Part shown: one piece after another, positions 29,190 through 41,097 of the stretch
Layout: every line of letters begins with the position of its first letter
Numbering within the stretch: position 1 is the stretch's first letter
DNA from: Octopus vulgaris
Taxonomy: Eukaryota
Length of the DNA stretch: 64,000 nt
Direction of reading: 5' to 3'
NCBI GenBank assembly: GCA_951406725.2
Contig: OX597827.1
Span: forward strand, 13,950,001 to 14,014,000
Position numbers and translations under genes: made by a program
Notes under the pieces: generated by a model
What the model was told of the DNA's origin: nothing
The model's database searches: none
What the model saw: only the letters and a program-made list of their open reading frames with translations

Positions 29190-29305
29190 GAATACATAGA
29201 GATAGATATACACATATATATGTATATATGTACATAAACACATATAAATATATACATCTATATATGTTTGTGTATATATATATATATACACATATATACA
29301 CACAC

Positions 29306-29337
<32 letters not shown>

Positions 29338-29414
29338 GTGTATTTATATATATATATATATATATACACATACATATATGTATATATATATATAAATATA
29401 TATATACACATACA

Positions 29415-29489
<75 letters not shown>

Positions 29490-30289
29490 ATATGTGTTCA
29501 CATGCACACATACACACACAAATTTATCAGGAATATCTTCGTGAAGTTTCTTAAAACCCATACAAACATATTATTTCTGCTCAGTAACTCATGTTTCTGT
29601 AATTTTGATCAATAACTGAACCAATATGTTGTTTCCTCTCTTTTCTTTTTTATTTATTTATTTATTTATTTACTTATCTATTTATTTATTTGTTATATAT
29701 ATTTTTAAAAAATTTTTCTCTTTTACCTTTAGTTTTTGTAGTTTTATTTTCATGTTTTTATTTTTTTTTATTTATTTATATATATTTTTTCACATTTTGG
29801 TCTTCATTGTTAAAAACTGTCCACAGTTTTTCTGGTCAATAACAAATGTCTACGTTATTTCAAGAACAATGGTAAAGTTACTGAATTTTTATTTTTTTTT
29901 ATTTTTTCATTAGTTACAAATGTTTACATTATTTCTGATAACTAAAGAAGTTTCCATTATTTATGTCCAATAACAACGGAACATTCCATTGCTAATCAAT
30001 AAAGCAATAATAATCCCAGAGCAGATCAATAGTGGCAAGCAACACTATCATAACTCATCATAGACACACATGGAATCAGTGGCCGTCCTCAATAAAAATA
30101 AAAAATAAAAACTACACGAAAACTCCATGAACTGATGTTAAATAACAAATGGTCATCAGATTTCACTAATCAAAAAAAAACTGAGACAATTAAAAACCAT
30201 GTTGAACAGAGTTTACCGCAGACTATACAGTGTGTTTAATACAGAATATATGTTCAGTACAAAGTAATGTATATAGTACATATAGTATA

Positions 30290-32930
30290 GTATGGTGAGT
30301 TCAGTACAGTGTAATGCATACAATATGTATGTGTGTTGTGTAATGTATGTAGTACTGTGTAATGTATGCAGTACTGTGTATTGTGTTAAAAACAGTGTAA
30401 TGTATGTAATACTGTGTATTGTGTTCAACACAGTGAAATGTATGCAGTATGTATGTGTGTTGTGTAATGTATTTATTACTGTGTAATGTATGTAGTACTG
30501 TGTAATGTATGCAGTACTGTGTCTTGTGTTAAAAACAGTGTAATGTATGTAATACTGTGTATTGTGTTCAACACAGTGAAATGTATGCAGTATGTATGTG
30601 TGTTGTGTAATGTATTTAGTACTGTGTAATGTATGTAGTACTGTGTAATATATGCAGTACTGTGTATTGTGTTCAACACAGTGAAATGTATGCAGAATGT
30701 ATGTGTGTTGTGTAATGTATTTAGTACTGTGTAATGTATGTAGTACTGTGTAATGTATGCAGTACTGTGTCTTGTGTTAAAGTCAGTGTAATGTATGTAA
30801 TACTGTGTATTGTATTCAACACAGTGAAATGTATGCAGTATGTATGTGAGTTGTGTAATGTATTTAGTACTGTGTAATGTATGTAGTACTGTGTAATGTA
30901 TGTAGTACTGTGTAATGTATGTAGTACTGTGTAATGTATGTAGTACTGTGTAATGTATGCAGTGCTGTGTCTTGTGTTAAAAACAGTGTAATGTATGTAA
31001 TACTGTGTATTGTGTTTAACACAGTGAAATGTATGCAGAATCTATGTATGTTGTGTAATGTATTTAGTACTGTGTAATGTATGTAGTACTGTGTAATGTA
31101 TGCAGTACTGTGTCTTGTGTTCAACTCAGTGAAATGTATGTAATACTGTGTATTGTGTTCAACACAGTGAAATGTATGCAGTATGTATGTATGTTGTGTA
31201 ATGTATGTAGTACTGTGTAATGCATGTAGTACTGTGTAATGTATGCAGTACTGTGTCTTGTGTTAAAAACAGTGTAATGTATGTAATACTGTGTATTGTG
31301 TTCAACACAGTGAAATGTATGCAGTATGTATGTTGTGTAATGTATTTAGTACTGTGTATTGTGTTCAACACAGTGAAATGTATGTAATACTGTGTATTGT
31401 GTTCAACACAGAGAAATGTATGCAGTATGTATGTTGTGTAATGTATTTAGTACTGTGTAATGTATGCAGTACTGTGACTTGTGTTAAAAACAGTGTAATG
31501 TATGCAGTACAGTGTGATATGTTCAGTACAGTATAATGTATGTAATAACTGTGTATTGTGTTCAACACAGTGAAATGTATGCAGTACTGTACACTGTGTT
31601 CTGCACAGGTGAAAAATATGGAGATAGTTAAAAACCATGTTGAACAGAGTCTACCGTAGACTATACCCTGAATTTAATATAGAATATATGTTCAATACAA
31701 TGTAATTTACATTGTACATATAGTATGTTGTGTCGACGCCCCCAGACAATGAAGTAGGCTAGCCCAATACGTAGATATAAAGGGAGAAGTCTAGACGTTG
31801 AGGAGTTGAGTAGAGGTCATCTGAACATGCGATATAACAGTGGATCTCATCCTCGTCTCCACTGTTATATCGCACGTTCGGATGACCTCTACTCAACTTC
31901 TCAACGTCTAGACTTCTCCCTCTATATGTACATATTGGGCTAGCCTACTTCATCGTCTGGGGGCGTCAACACAACATAGTATAGTATGGTGGGTTCAGTA
32001 GTGTAATGCATGCAGTATGTATGTAGTACTATGTACAGTGTAATGTATGTAATACTGTTTATTATTTTCAAAAGAGTGTAATGTATGCAGTATGTATGTA
32101 ATACTATGTACAGTGTAATGTATGTAATACTGTGTATTATTTTCAAAAGAGTGTAATGTATGCAGTACAGTATATGTTCAGTATTGTGTAATGTATGTAA
32201 TATTATGTAGTGTGTTCTGCACAGGTAATGTGTTCTGTACATTGTGATGTGTTCACTGCTGTGTAATGTACGCAGTGCATTATACTGTGCTTAAGGCAGT
32301 GTAAATGTATGCTGTGTAATGTATGTAATAAATACAATACAGTAGAATGTAGGCAGTGTTGTGTAATGTATGCAGTATGTATGTGATACTATGTACAGTG
32401 TAATGTATGTAATAATGTATGTGTATTATTTTCAAAAGTGTGTAATGTATGCAGTACAGTATATATTCAGTATAGTGTAATGTATGTAGTATTGTGTAAT
32501 GTGCTCAGACCAATACTGTGTAATGTATGTGGTGCTGTTTAATATATTCACTACAATGTAATATGTTCAGTACGGTACAATATATTCGGTTAAATTCAGT
32601 CTTTACTGAGTAGTGTAATGCATACAGTGCAGTATAATATATTTAATACAATAGTATGTGTTCAGTATAGTATAATGTACTCAGTCCAGAATAATGTAGC
32701 AGTGCAGTACAAAGTATAAAGTACTGTACAATATAGTACAGTAGTGTGTTATGTATGGTGTAATGTATTCATTTTTCTGTAATGTATGCAGAACATTATA
32801 ATGTATGCAGATTAGTGTAATGTATGCAGCATAGAGTAATGCATGCTGTACAATGAGGTATAGCATGTGTTGTGGTGTATGAAGTACAGTGTAATATTCT
32901 AAAAAGTACCATGTAGTGTGTTCAATATTT
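30290..32930. repeat. AT-rich satellite built on a ~19-bp gtactgtgtaatgtatgta unit with higher-order blocks
   Basis: Direct reading; it decays toward the 3' end. Confidence 0.9.
31726..31976. mobile_element. Foldback MITE with TGTTG...CAACA termini (Ginger-like)
   Basis: Arms of about 119 bp, 13-bp loop, 5-bp TSD tagta (31721-31725, 31977-31981); an empty paralogous site lies at about 30280. Confidence 0.85.
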
Positions 32931-32961
32931 TATTAAAGCTATCCAAAGTACAGAATAATAT

Positions 32962-33382
32962 TTATTTATTTAATGCCCCACAAGGGGCTAAACATAGAGG
33001 GGACAAACAAGTACAGACAATGGGATATCAAGTCGATTACATCGACTCCAGTGTGTAACTGGTATTTATTTAATTGGACCTAAAAGGATGAAAGGCAAAG
33101 TCAACCTCGGCAGAATTTGAACTCAGAACATAGCAGTAGACGAAATACCTATTTCTTTATTACCCACAAGAGGCTAAACACAGAGCGGACAAACAAGGAC
33201 AGACATATGTATTAAGTCAATTACATCGACCCCAGTGCATAACTAGTACTTAATTTATCGACCCTGAAAGGATGAAAGGTAAAGTCGACCTCGGCGGAAT
33301 TTGAACTCAGAACGTAACGGCAGCTGAAATACTGCTGAGCATTTCGCCTGGCATGCTAACGATTCTGCCAGTTCGCCGCCTT
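32962..33382 (-). mobile_element. SINE family B tandem dimer
   Basis: Same internal junction (aaagaaatag|gtatttc) as the dimer at 15531. Confidence 0.85.
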
Positions 33383-33828
33383 GCTATTATAATTCCATTC
33401 ACATTGAAGGTGTTTTATAACAATTCCCCCTTGTACTTGACTGGTGCTTTACTATCATCTCCAGAATGATAAAAAAAAAAAAAAGCAAAGTTGACCACTG
33501 TGAGATTTGAACTCAGAATGTAAGACGTCATTACTAAATATGGCAGAACATTTTTTTGATGTTCTAATGATTCTGCCAACCTTTCGCCAATCATACTTAC
33601 CCAGTGCCTCTCCACTTACTACAACATACCAGGGCACCGTATTGAGGGCTTACCCCCTCTCTCAGCTGAGGGTCTCATCTTGTAAATTACCCAGTTCACT
33701 CCACATTGTAAAGTGGTTGGCATTTGGAAGGGCATTGAGCCATAATTGCTAGCCCTTGACAAACTGTCCAACTCATGCCAGCATTGCAAAACAGATGTTA
33801 AATGATGACGAGGATAATGATGATGCAT

Positions 33829-34180
33829 AGGCGTGGCTGTATGGTAAGAAGCTTGCCTCCCAATCACATGGATGCAGGTTCTGTCCCATTGCATGGGACC
33901 TTGGGCAAGTGTCTTCTACTGTGGCCCAAGGCTTATCAAAACCACGAGAGTGGATTTGGTTGATGGAAGCTGAAAGAAGCCTACCATGTATATGTATGTA
34001 TCTGTGTGTGTGTGTGTGTGTGTTTGTCCCTCACCATCACTTGACAACCAGTATCGGTGTGACTACATCCCTGTAACTTAGTGATTCAGTGAAAGAGACT
34101 GACCGGTTTTAAAATGAAATAAGTACTGAGGTTGATTTATCAACTAAAATTCTTCAGAGTGATGCCCCAGCATGGCCATA
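33829..34180 (+). mobile_element. Older SINE family A copy, preceded by an RTE tail fragment (33690-33825)
   Basis: Diverged consensus match. Confidence 0.7.
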
Positions 34181-35257
34181 ATATTTTTTGATGAATAGCC
34201 TTTTTTCTTTTTCTTTTAGTGAGGAAGAAATGCAATGACTATGGCCTTTCGCATATTCTTCCACATTGGTTGGAGGAAGAAAGATTATCTTCAGATCAGA
34301 GAATGGTCTGAATGCTTGCAAGAGGATGTATTCTACTAAAAGAGCTAAAGTGCCAGGGGGTAGCATTAAACTGAACTATGAGATAAATCTACCTCTCAAG
34401 TAGACCTAGGTGAGGTTTGAACTCGAAATGCAAAGGGCCAAAACAAATATTACTAGGCATCAGGTGTCTAATGTTCATATGTCTTCACCAATCAGTCACC
34501 TTGTATTTGGTGATTTTTGTTAATTGATCTTGAAAAAAAATGAAAGACAAAAGTTGACATAGATAGGATTTGAACTCAGAAGAGAGCTGGGAGTCAGAAC
34601 AATTAATGTAAAACACTCTATCAGACATTCTAATGACACTGCTAATTTTTTTGCTAAGGATGTAAACAAACCAACACCCGTTGTCAAGAGGCGAATGACA
34701 AAAACACTAACATGTCTTTATTGAATAGATCAACCACCATATTTGAAATATGAAGTGAATTTTTCACAGAGAAAGATTTTATGAAATGTATAAAATTAAC
34801 AAAAGCATATAAATTATCCAAGACATTTTCATCATTGCTTTGGTGAATAATCTATTAAATCTATACATTAATTTCCAATGTGTAAAACTTTGACTTCTGA
34901 TATATTCTTGATGGACTTTTATTATCAGGTTAATTAAAATATGATATTGATTATATCACATTCTACTGATTTCACCCTTTTGATATCATCCTGCTTGAAA
35001 CCAACCTTAATTCTATGGTACAAACTTCTTGTTTTTAAAGTTATCTAAATTAAAACCTTCGAACAAAATTTTACGTTAATATCAGTTCCAAACAACAGGG
35101 TAAGGACAAAATTATTTTACAACATTCTTCTTTATTTTCTAACTAAATTGAAACAAAACAAAAGCAGTATAGTTTAATATGATAACAAAAGAGTTAAGTA
35201 GAAATAATTATTATTTCTAAGTCTCTCTAACAAAGACTACGGCAGCGGTACTGGATA

Positions 35258-35653
35258 TTAACAGTTATCGCCAAGCTAATATGGCAGTCCACCAATGTAG
35301 GACATAAGCTGCCGTTGATTAGCTCCAAGAGGTCATCGCCTCTAGCTAGCTATATGAAAACCAGTGGACGTATTCCACTGAAATTAGGTAAATAATCCTT
35401 TGAACAGTTGGTCAGCAGCGACACCTGCTGGGTTCGGCTGCTCTGCATTGATAAGGGGCAAATACCCTGAAACATGTCTGCAGGTGCCTGACCAGCAAGG
35501 GGAAGCAGCTGACCTCCCCTGTTCTAAGGTTATAATGGACACAGGTTAGTGTGTCATATAGCTAGCTTGAGGTGATGGCCTCTTGGAGCTAATCAACAAC
35601 AGCTTACGTCCTATATTGGTGGACTGCCATATTAGCTTGGCGATAACTGTTAA
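35258..35653. mobile_element. Inverted-repeat element (100-bp arms) enclosing a hammerhead motif
   Basis: Arms at 35258-35357 and 35554-35653 begin and end with TTAA; motif at 35443-35483. Confidence 0.8.
35443..35483 (+). ncRNA. Decayed minimal hammerhead ribozyme motif
   Basis: ctgca-TTGATAA-ggg(gcaaata)ccc-t-GAAAC-AT-GTC-tgcag; palindromic ACATGT stem III, GUC site. Confidence 0.6.
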
Positions 35654-35965
35654 AAGAGTTAAGGTTTACAAGACACAAAGTAATAATATATGACATATAA
35701 CATAAGTGACATTAATTATTTTTTTTAATTATAGGTCTGTTATTACCTTTTGAAATTGAGTTGTTAAATTGTCGTAAGACTATTTACCTTTATCTTTTGT
35801 ATTCTCTACATTATGCAAGATATTGGGATCATCTCTTTATCAAATAAGATTAAAATTTTTTATTTGTTTTACAATCACACACATGCACACACGTAAACAC
35901 ACATACGTGCATGCACCCACACACACACGTAAACACACACACAGAGTCATATATATGTTGTCGTC

Positions 35966-36002
<37 letters not shown>

Positions 36003-36137
36003 TCAAATTCTGCCATGGTCAACTTTGTCTTTCATCCTTTCAAGCTCGATAAATTAAGTACCAGTTGAATACTGGGGTTGATGTAATCAACTAGTTCCTT
36101 CCCCCAAATTTCAGGCCTTGTGCCTATAGCAGAAAGG

Positions 36138-36169
<32 letters not shown>

Positions 36170-36585
36170 GGTAACAGGACAACAGATGTTCTGATTATGA
36201 ACAGATTGAAAGCACTGAGGCGTTTACTACATAAATATATAATTCCGAAGTCCAATTCTTTAATACATTATTAATACTTCTTAAACTTCTCAGACTTGTC
36301 TCAATAATCCACTTGTCAAAAATATTAGAGAAACCTAGATTGTTGCAAACAGAGCAGTTTTCTGTTCTTAATTTGTTGTTAACTGATCGTAACCATTATG
36401 CTATCTCAAGTTCAAGCTTTAGCACCACGTATATCACTAGGTAACAGGACTTCACATATCTCCTATTTTCAGTATAAGCTACCCATAAAATTTATATCCA
36501 TCGTTATATTTCATTACCCAGAACATTTGTTTTTGTTGGGGTTTTTTCTTCATGCTAACTACCAAGTCTAAATTTTTTTTAACTG

Positions 36586-36776
36586 CCGCAGGAGTGGCTG
36601 TGTGGTAAGTTGCTTGCTTACAAATTACACGGTTCTGGGTTCAGTCCCACTGCATGGCACCTTGGGCAAGTGTCTTCTACTATAGCCTCGAGCCAACCAA
36701 AGCCTTGTGAGTGGATTTGGTAGACGGAAGCTGAAAGAAGCCTGGAAGCCTGTCATATATATGTATATGTATGTGC

Positions 36777-36807
<31 letters not shown>

Positions 36808-37440
36808 TGTGTGTGTGTGTGTGTGTGTTTGTCCCACTAACATCGCTTGACAACCGATGCTGGTGTGTTTACATCGGGACTTATTCTTTGTAAGCCTAGT
36901 ACTTATTCTATCGGTCTCTTTTGCTGAACCACTAAGTGACGGGGACGTAAACACACCAGCATCGGTTGTCAAGCAATGCTAGAGGGACAAACACAGACAC
37001 ACAAACACACACATACGCATACATATATATACATATATACGACAGGCTTCTTTCAGTTTCCGTCTACCAAATCCACTCACAAGGCATTGGTCGGCCTCTT
37101 TATCAAATAAGATTAAAATTTTTTATTTGTTTTACAATCACACACATGCACACACGTAAACACACATACGTGCATGCACCCACACACACACGTAAACACA
37201 CACACTCATCTGGTTTTATTACTAAAATTGCTTGTTCTCTCTCTCACACACAAACGTGTACACACACATATACACACACACACACACACCTACATATACA
37301 CACAGAGAGGTGTACACACATATACACACTCTCTCTCTCTCTCTCTCTCTTAGTTCAAATAGTAAAGTTGAAAAAATTATTATGAGGAGGAGGAAGAAGA
37401 GAACCATTTGTGTGTGTGTGAGAGAGATAGAGAGAGTGAG

Positions 37441-37474
<34 letters not shown>

Positions 37475-38005
37475 AGCAATGAAATATTTACTAGCCTGAC
37501 TTCAAGCCTAAGCCTTACCATGATTTCCAAGGCATTTAGACAAAGAATAGAAAATTCCCCCTGAGCAAAATGCCAGTCAGTTGTAGAATTAACTCCTAGG
37601 TACTATTGGTACACATTTTTTAGCTGAGTGGACTGGGACAGCATGAAGTAGAGTGCCTCGCTCAAGGACACACTGCACCTCTGGATCCAAGAACTAAATC
37701 AGTGACTTATCATTCTAATTATTAGGCCCCCATGCTTTCACATATTAACTAGCAGAGGTGAATAAATAAAACGGAAGTAAGGATAGTGAAAAAATAAATA
37801 ACAATGAAGAATAGGCGCAGGAGTGGCTGTGTGGTAAGTAGCTTGCTAAGCAACCACATGGTTCTGGGTTCAGTCCCACTGCATGGCACCTTGGGCAAGT
37901 GTCTTCTACTATAGCCTCGAGCCAACCAAAGCCTTGTGAGTGGATTTGGTAGACGGAAGCTGAAAGAAGCCTGGAAGCCTGTCATATATATGTATATGTA
38001 TGTGC

Positions 38006-38036
<31 letters not shown>

Positions 38037-38658
38037 TGTGTGTGTGTGTGTGTGTTTGTCCCACTAACATCGCTTGACAACCGATGCTGGTGTGTTTACA
38101 TCGGGACTTATTCTTTGTAAGCCTAGTACTTATTCTATCGGTCTCTTTTGCTGAACCACTAAGTGACGGGGACGTAAACACACCAGCATCGGTTGTCAAG
38201 CAATGCTAGAGGGACAAACACAGACACACAAACACACACATACGCATACATATATATACATATATACGACAGGCTTCTTTCAGTTTCCGTCTACCAAATC
38301 CACTCACAAGGCATTGGTCGGCCCAGTCTATAGCAGAAGACACTTGCCCAAGGTGCCACGCTGTGGGACTGAACCCAGAACCATGTGGTTGGTAAGCAAG
38401 CTACTTACCACACAGCCACTCATCTGGTTTTATTACTAAAATTGCTTGTTCTCTCTCTCACACACAAACGTGTACACACACATATACACACACACACACA
38501 CACCTACATATACACACAGAGAGGTGTACACACATATACACACTCTCTCTCTCTCTCTCTCTCTTAGTTCAAATAGTAAAGTTGAAAAAATTATTATGAG
38601 GAGGAGGAAGAAGAGAACCATTTGTGTGTGTGTGAGAGAGATAGAGAGAGTGAGATAG

Positions 38659-38717
<59 letters not shown>

Positions 38718-39063
38718 GAGAGAGAGCAATGAAATATTTACTAGCCTGACTTCAAGCCTAAGCCTTACCATGATTTCCAAGGCATTTAGACAAAGAATAG
38801 AAAATTCCCCCTGAGCAAAATGCCAGTCAGTTGTAGAATTAACTCCTAGGTACTATTGGTACACATTTTTTAGCTGAGTGGACTGGGACAGCATGAAGTA
38901 GAGTGCCTCGCTCAAGGACACACTGCACCTCTGGATCCAAGAACTAAATCAGTGACTTATCATTCTAATTATTAGGCCCCCATGCTTTCACATATTAACT
39001 AGCAGAGGTGAATAAATAAAACGGAAGTAAGGATAGTGAAAAAATAAATAACAATGAAGAATA
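36586..39063. repeat. Tandem duplication of about 1.25 kb, each unit starting with an inverted SINE A pair
   Basis: Units 36586-37812 and 37813-39063 are near-identical. Confidence 0.9.
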
Positions 39064-39228
39064 GGCGCAGGAGTGGCTGTGTGGTAAGTAGCTTGCTAAG
39101 CAACCACATGGTTCCGGGTTCAGTCCCACTGCGTGGCATCTTGGGCAAATGTCTTCTGCTATAGCCCCGGGCCGACCAAAGCCTTGTGAGTGGATTTGGT
39201 AGACGGAAACTGAAAGAAGCCTGTCGTA

Positions 39229-39275
<47 letters not shown>

Positions 39276-39490
39276 GTGTGTATATGTTTGTGTGTCTGTG
39301 TTTGTCCCTCTAGCTTTAATTGACAACCGATGCTGGTGTGTTTACGTCGCCGTCACTTAGCGGTTCGGCAAAAGAGACCGATAGAATAAGTACTGAGCTT
39401 ACAAAGAATAAGTCCCAGGGTCGATTTGTTCGACTAAAGGCTGTGCTCCAGCATGGCTGCAGTCAAATGACTGAAACAAGTAAAAGAGAG
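39064..39490 (+). mobile_element. SINE family A
   Basis: Consensus match. Confidence 0.9.
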
Positions 39491-39588
39491 AATGGGAGAG
39501 TGCTACTGGTGATTGGACTATTTTCCTAAATCCTATTCCTTGTTCAGTAATTTCTTACTTCGGCTGCTCTATCTTTTTCTTGCCACAG

Positions 39589-39662
39589 AAGGAAAATATG
39601 CTCATGGCATTCCTGAAGATATTATTCTAGATACTATTAAAGCTTACTGGTTCAATGATTGA
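39589..39662 (+). CDS. Candidate terminal coding exon (GKYAHGIPEDIILDTIKAYWFND*)
   Basis: Polypyrimidine tract and CAG acceptor (ctctatctttttcttgccacag), a protein-like open frame and non-repetitive sequence. No partner exons identified. Confidence 0.3.
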
Positions 39663-40611
39663 AATTCTTCATATTTTTCCTCTTCACTGTAAAGAACATT
39701 AGCAAACTCCACCTCTATCGTTTATTTGTCTTTACACCTAGCCTATAGGTACAACTATAGTTCCTTGCTATTTCCTTTCTTCACCTCATTTCACCTCTGC
39801 TTGTATTTCTCTTACACTCTCTCTCGTCACACCATTCTTTTCTTACTGTGCCATGCAGCCCTATCAGTCGTATTTGCCAAAAGATCAACGCAGTAAATAA
39901 CAAAAGTAACTCTCGCCAAGAAGGAATATTTTTCAATACCCTGCCTAATTACATTCAAATTTTTTGGTATATTACCTGAGTAAACATTAGAATTGTATAG
40001 TAATTAATGATAACTTGAAACTTCAATAAAATCTATAGGCACCAGTATATGCGATAGAATTTTTTTCTTTTCTTTTTTTTTGTGTAAGAATACTTAAACA
40101 AACTCTATTGAAAAATATACTACACTGTCAATAGTTCTAATTTCCAGAAGTTGCCAGTTTACTTGCTACATTTGAAATTGAAGAATATTTTCAGTGAATT
40201 TCATAGTTAATAACATGTGGATTATACAATTCTCTATTTCACAGAATATACAAGTTATGTACATTATTTCCTGTCATAAATTCATGACTAAGAATATTTT
40301 GTGTATAGTAAAACAAAAACAACTACATAAACACCCCAAAACAAATGAAAAGCAGCTGTGAATGTGAAAACAAATTAATATGAATGGTATTTAGTAATTA
40401 CTAAGCTGTGTGTGTGTGTGTGTGTATATGTGTGTGTGCATGTGTGATGGCGTGTGTGTGCGTGTGTGTTTGTGTGCGTGTATGTGCATGCATATAAATG
40501 TACACCTACACACAGATTATCTTTCCACACACACTTATATGCATATACATAGATATTCATGTACACACACACACACATATATGTAAGCATATATATAAGT
40601 ACACATACATA

Positions 40612-40652
<41 letters not shown>

Positions 40653-40663
40653 TATATACATAT

Positions 40664-40835
40664 AGGTGCAGGAGTGGCTGTGTGGTAAGTAGCTTGCTAA
40701 CCAACCACATGGTTCTGGGTTCATTCTCACTGCGTGGCACCTTGGGCAAGTGTCTTCTGCTATAGCCCCGGGCCGACCAAAGCTTTGTGAGTGGATTTGG
40801 TAGACAGAAACTGAAAGAAGCCCATCGTATATATG

Positions 40836-40866
<31 letters not shown>

Positions 40867-41097
40867 GTATGTGTGTGTATGTGTTTGTGTGTCTGTGTTT
40901 GTCCCTCTAGCATTGCTTGACAACCGATGCTGGTGTGTTTACGTCCCTGTCACTTAGCGGTTCGGCAAAAGAGAACGATAGAATAAGTACTGGGCTTACA
41001 AAGAATAAGTCCTGAGATCGATTTGCTCGACTAAAGGCGGTGCTCCAGCATGGCCGCAGACAAATGACTGAAACAAGTAAAAGAGAGTAAAAAGAGT
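40664..41097 (+). mobile_element. SINE family A
   Basis: Consensus match. Confidence 0.9.
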
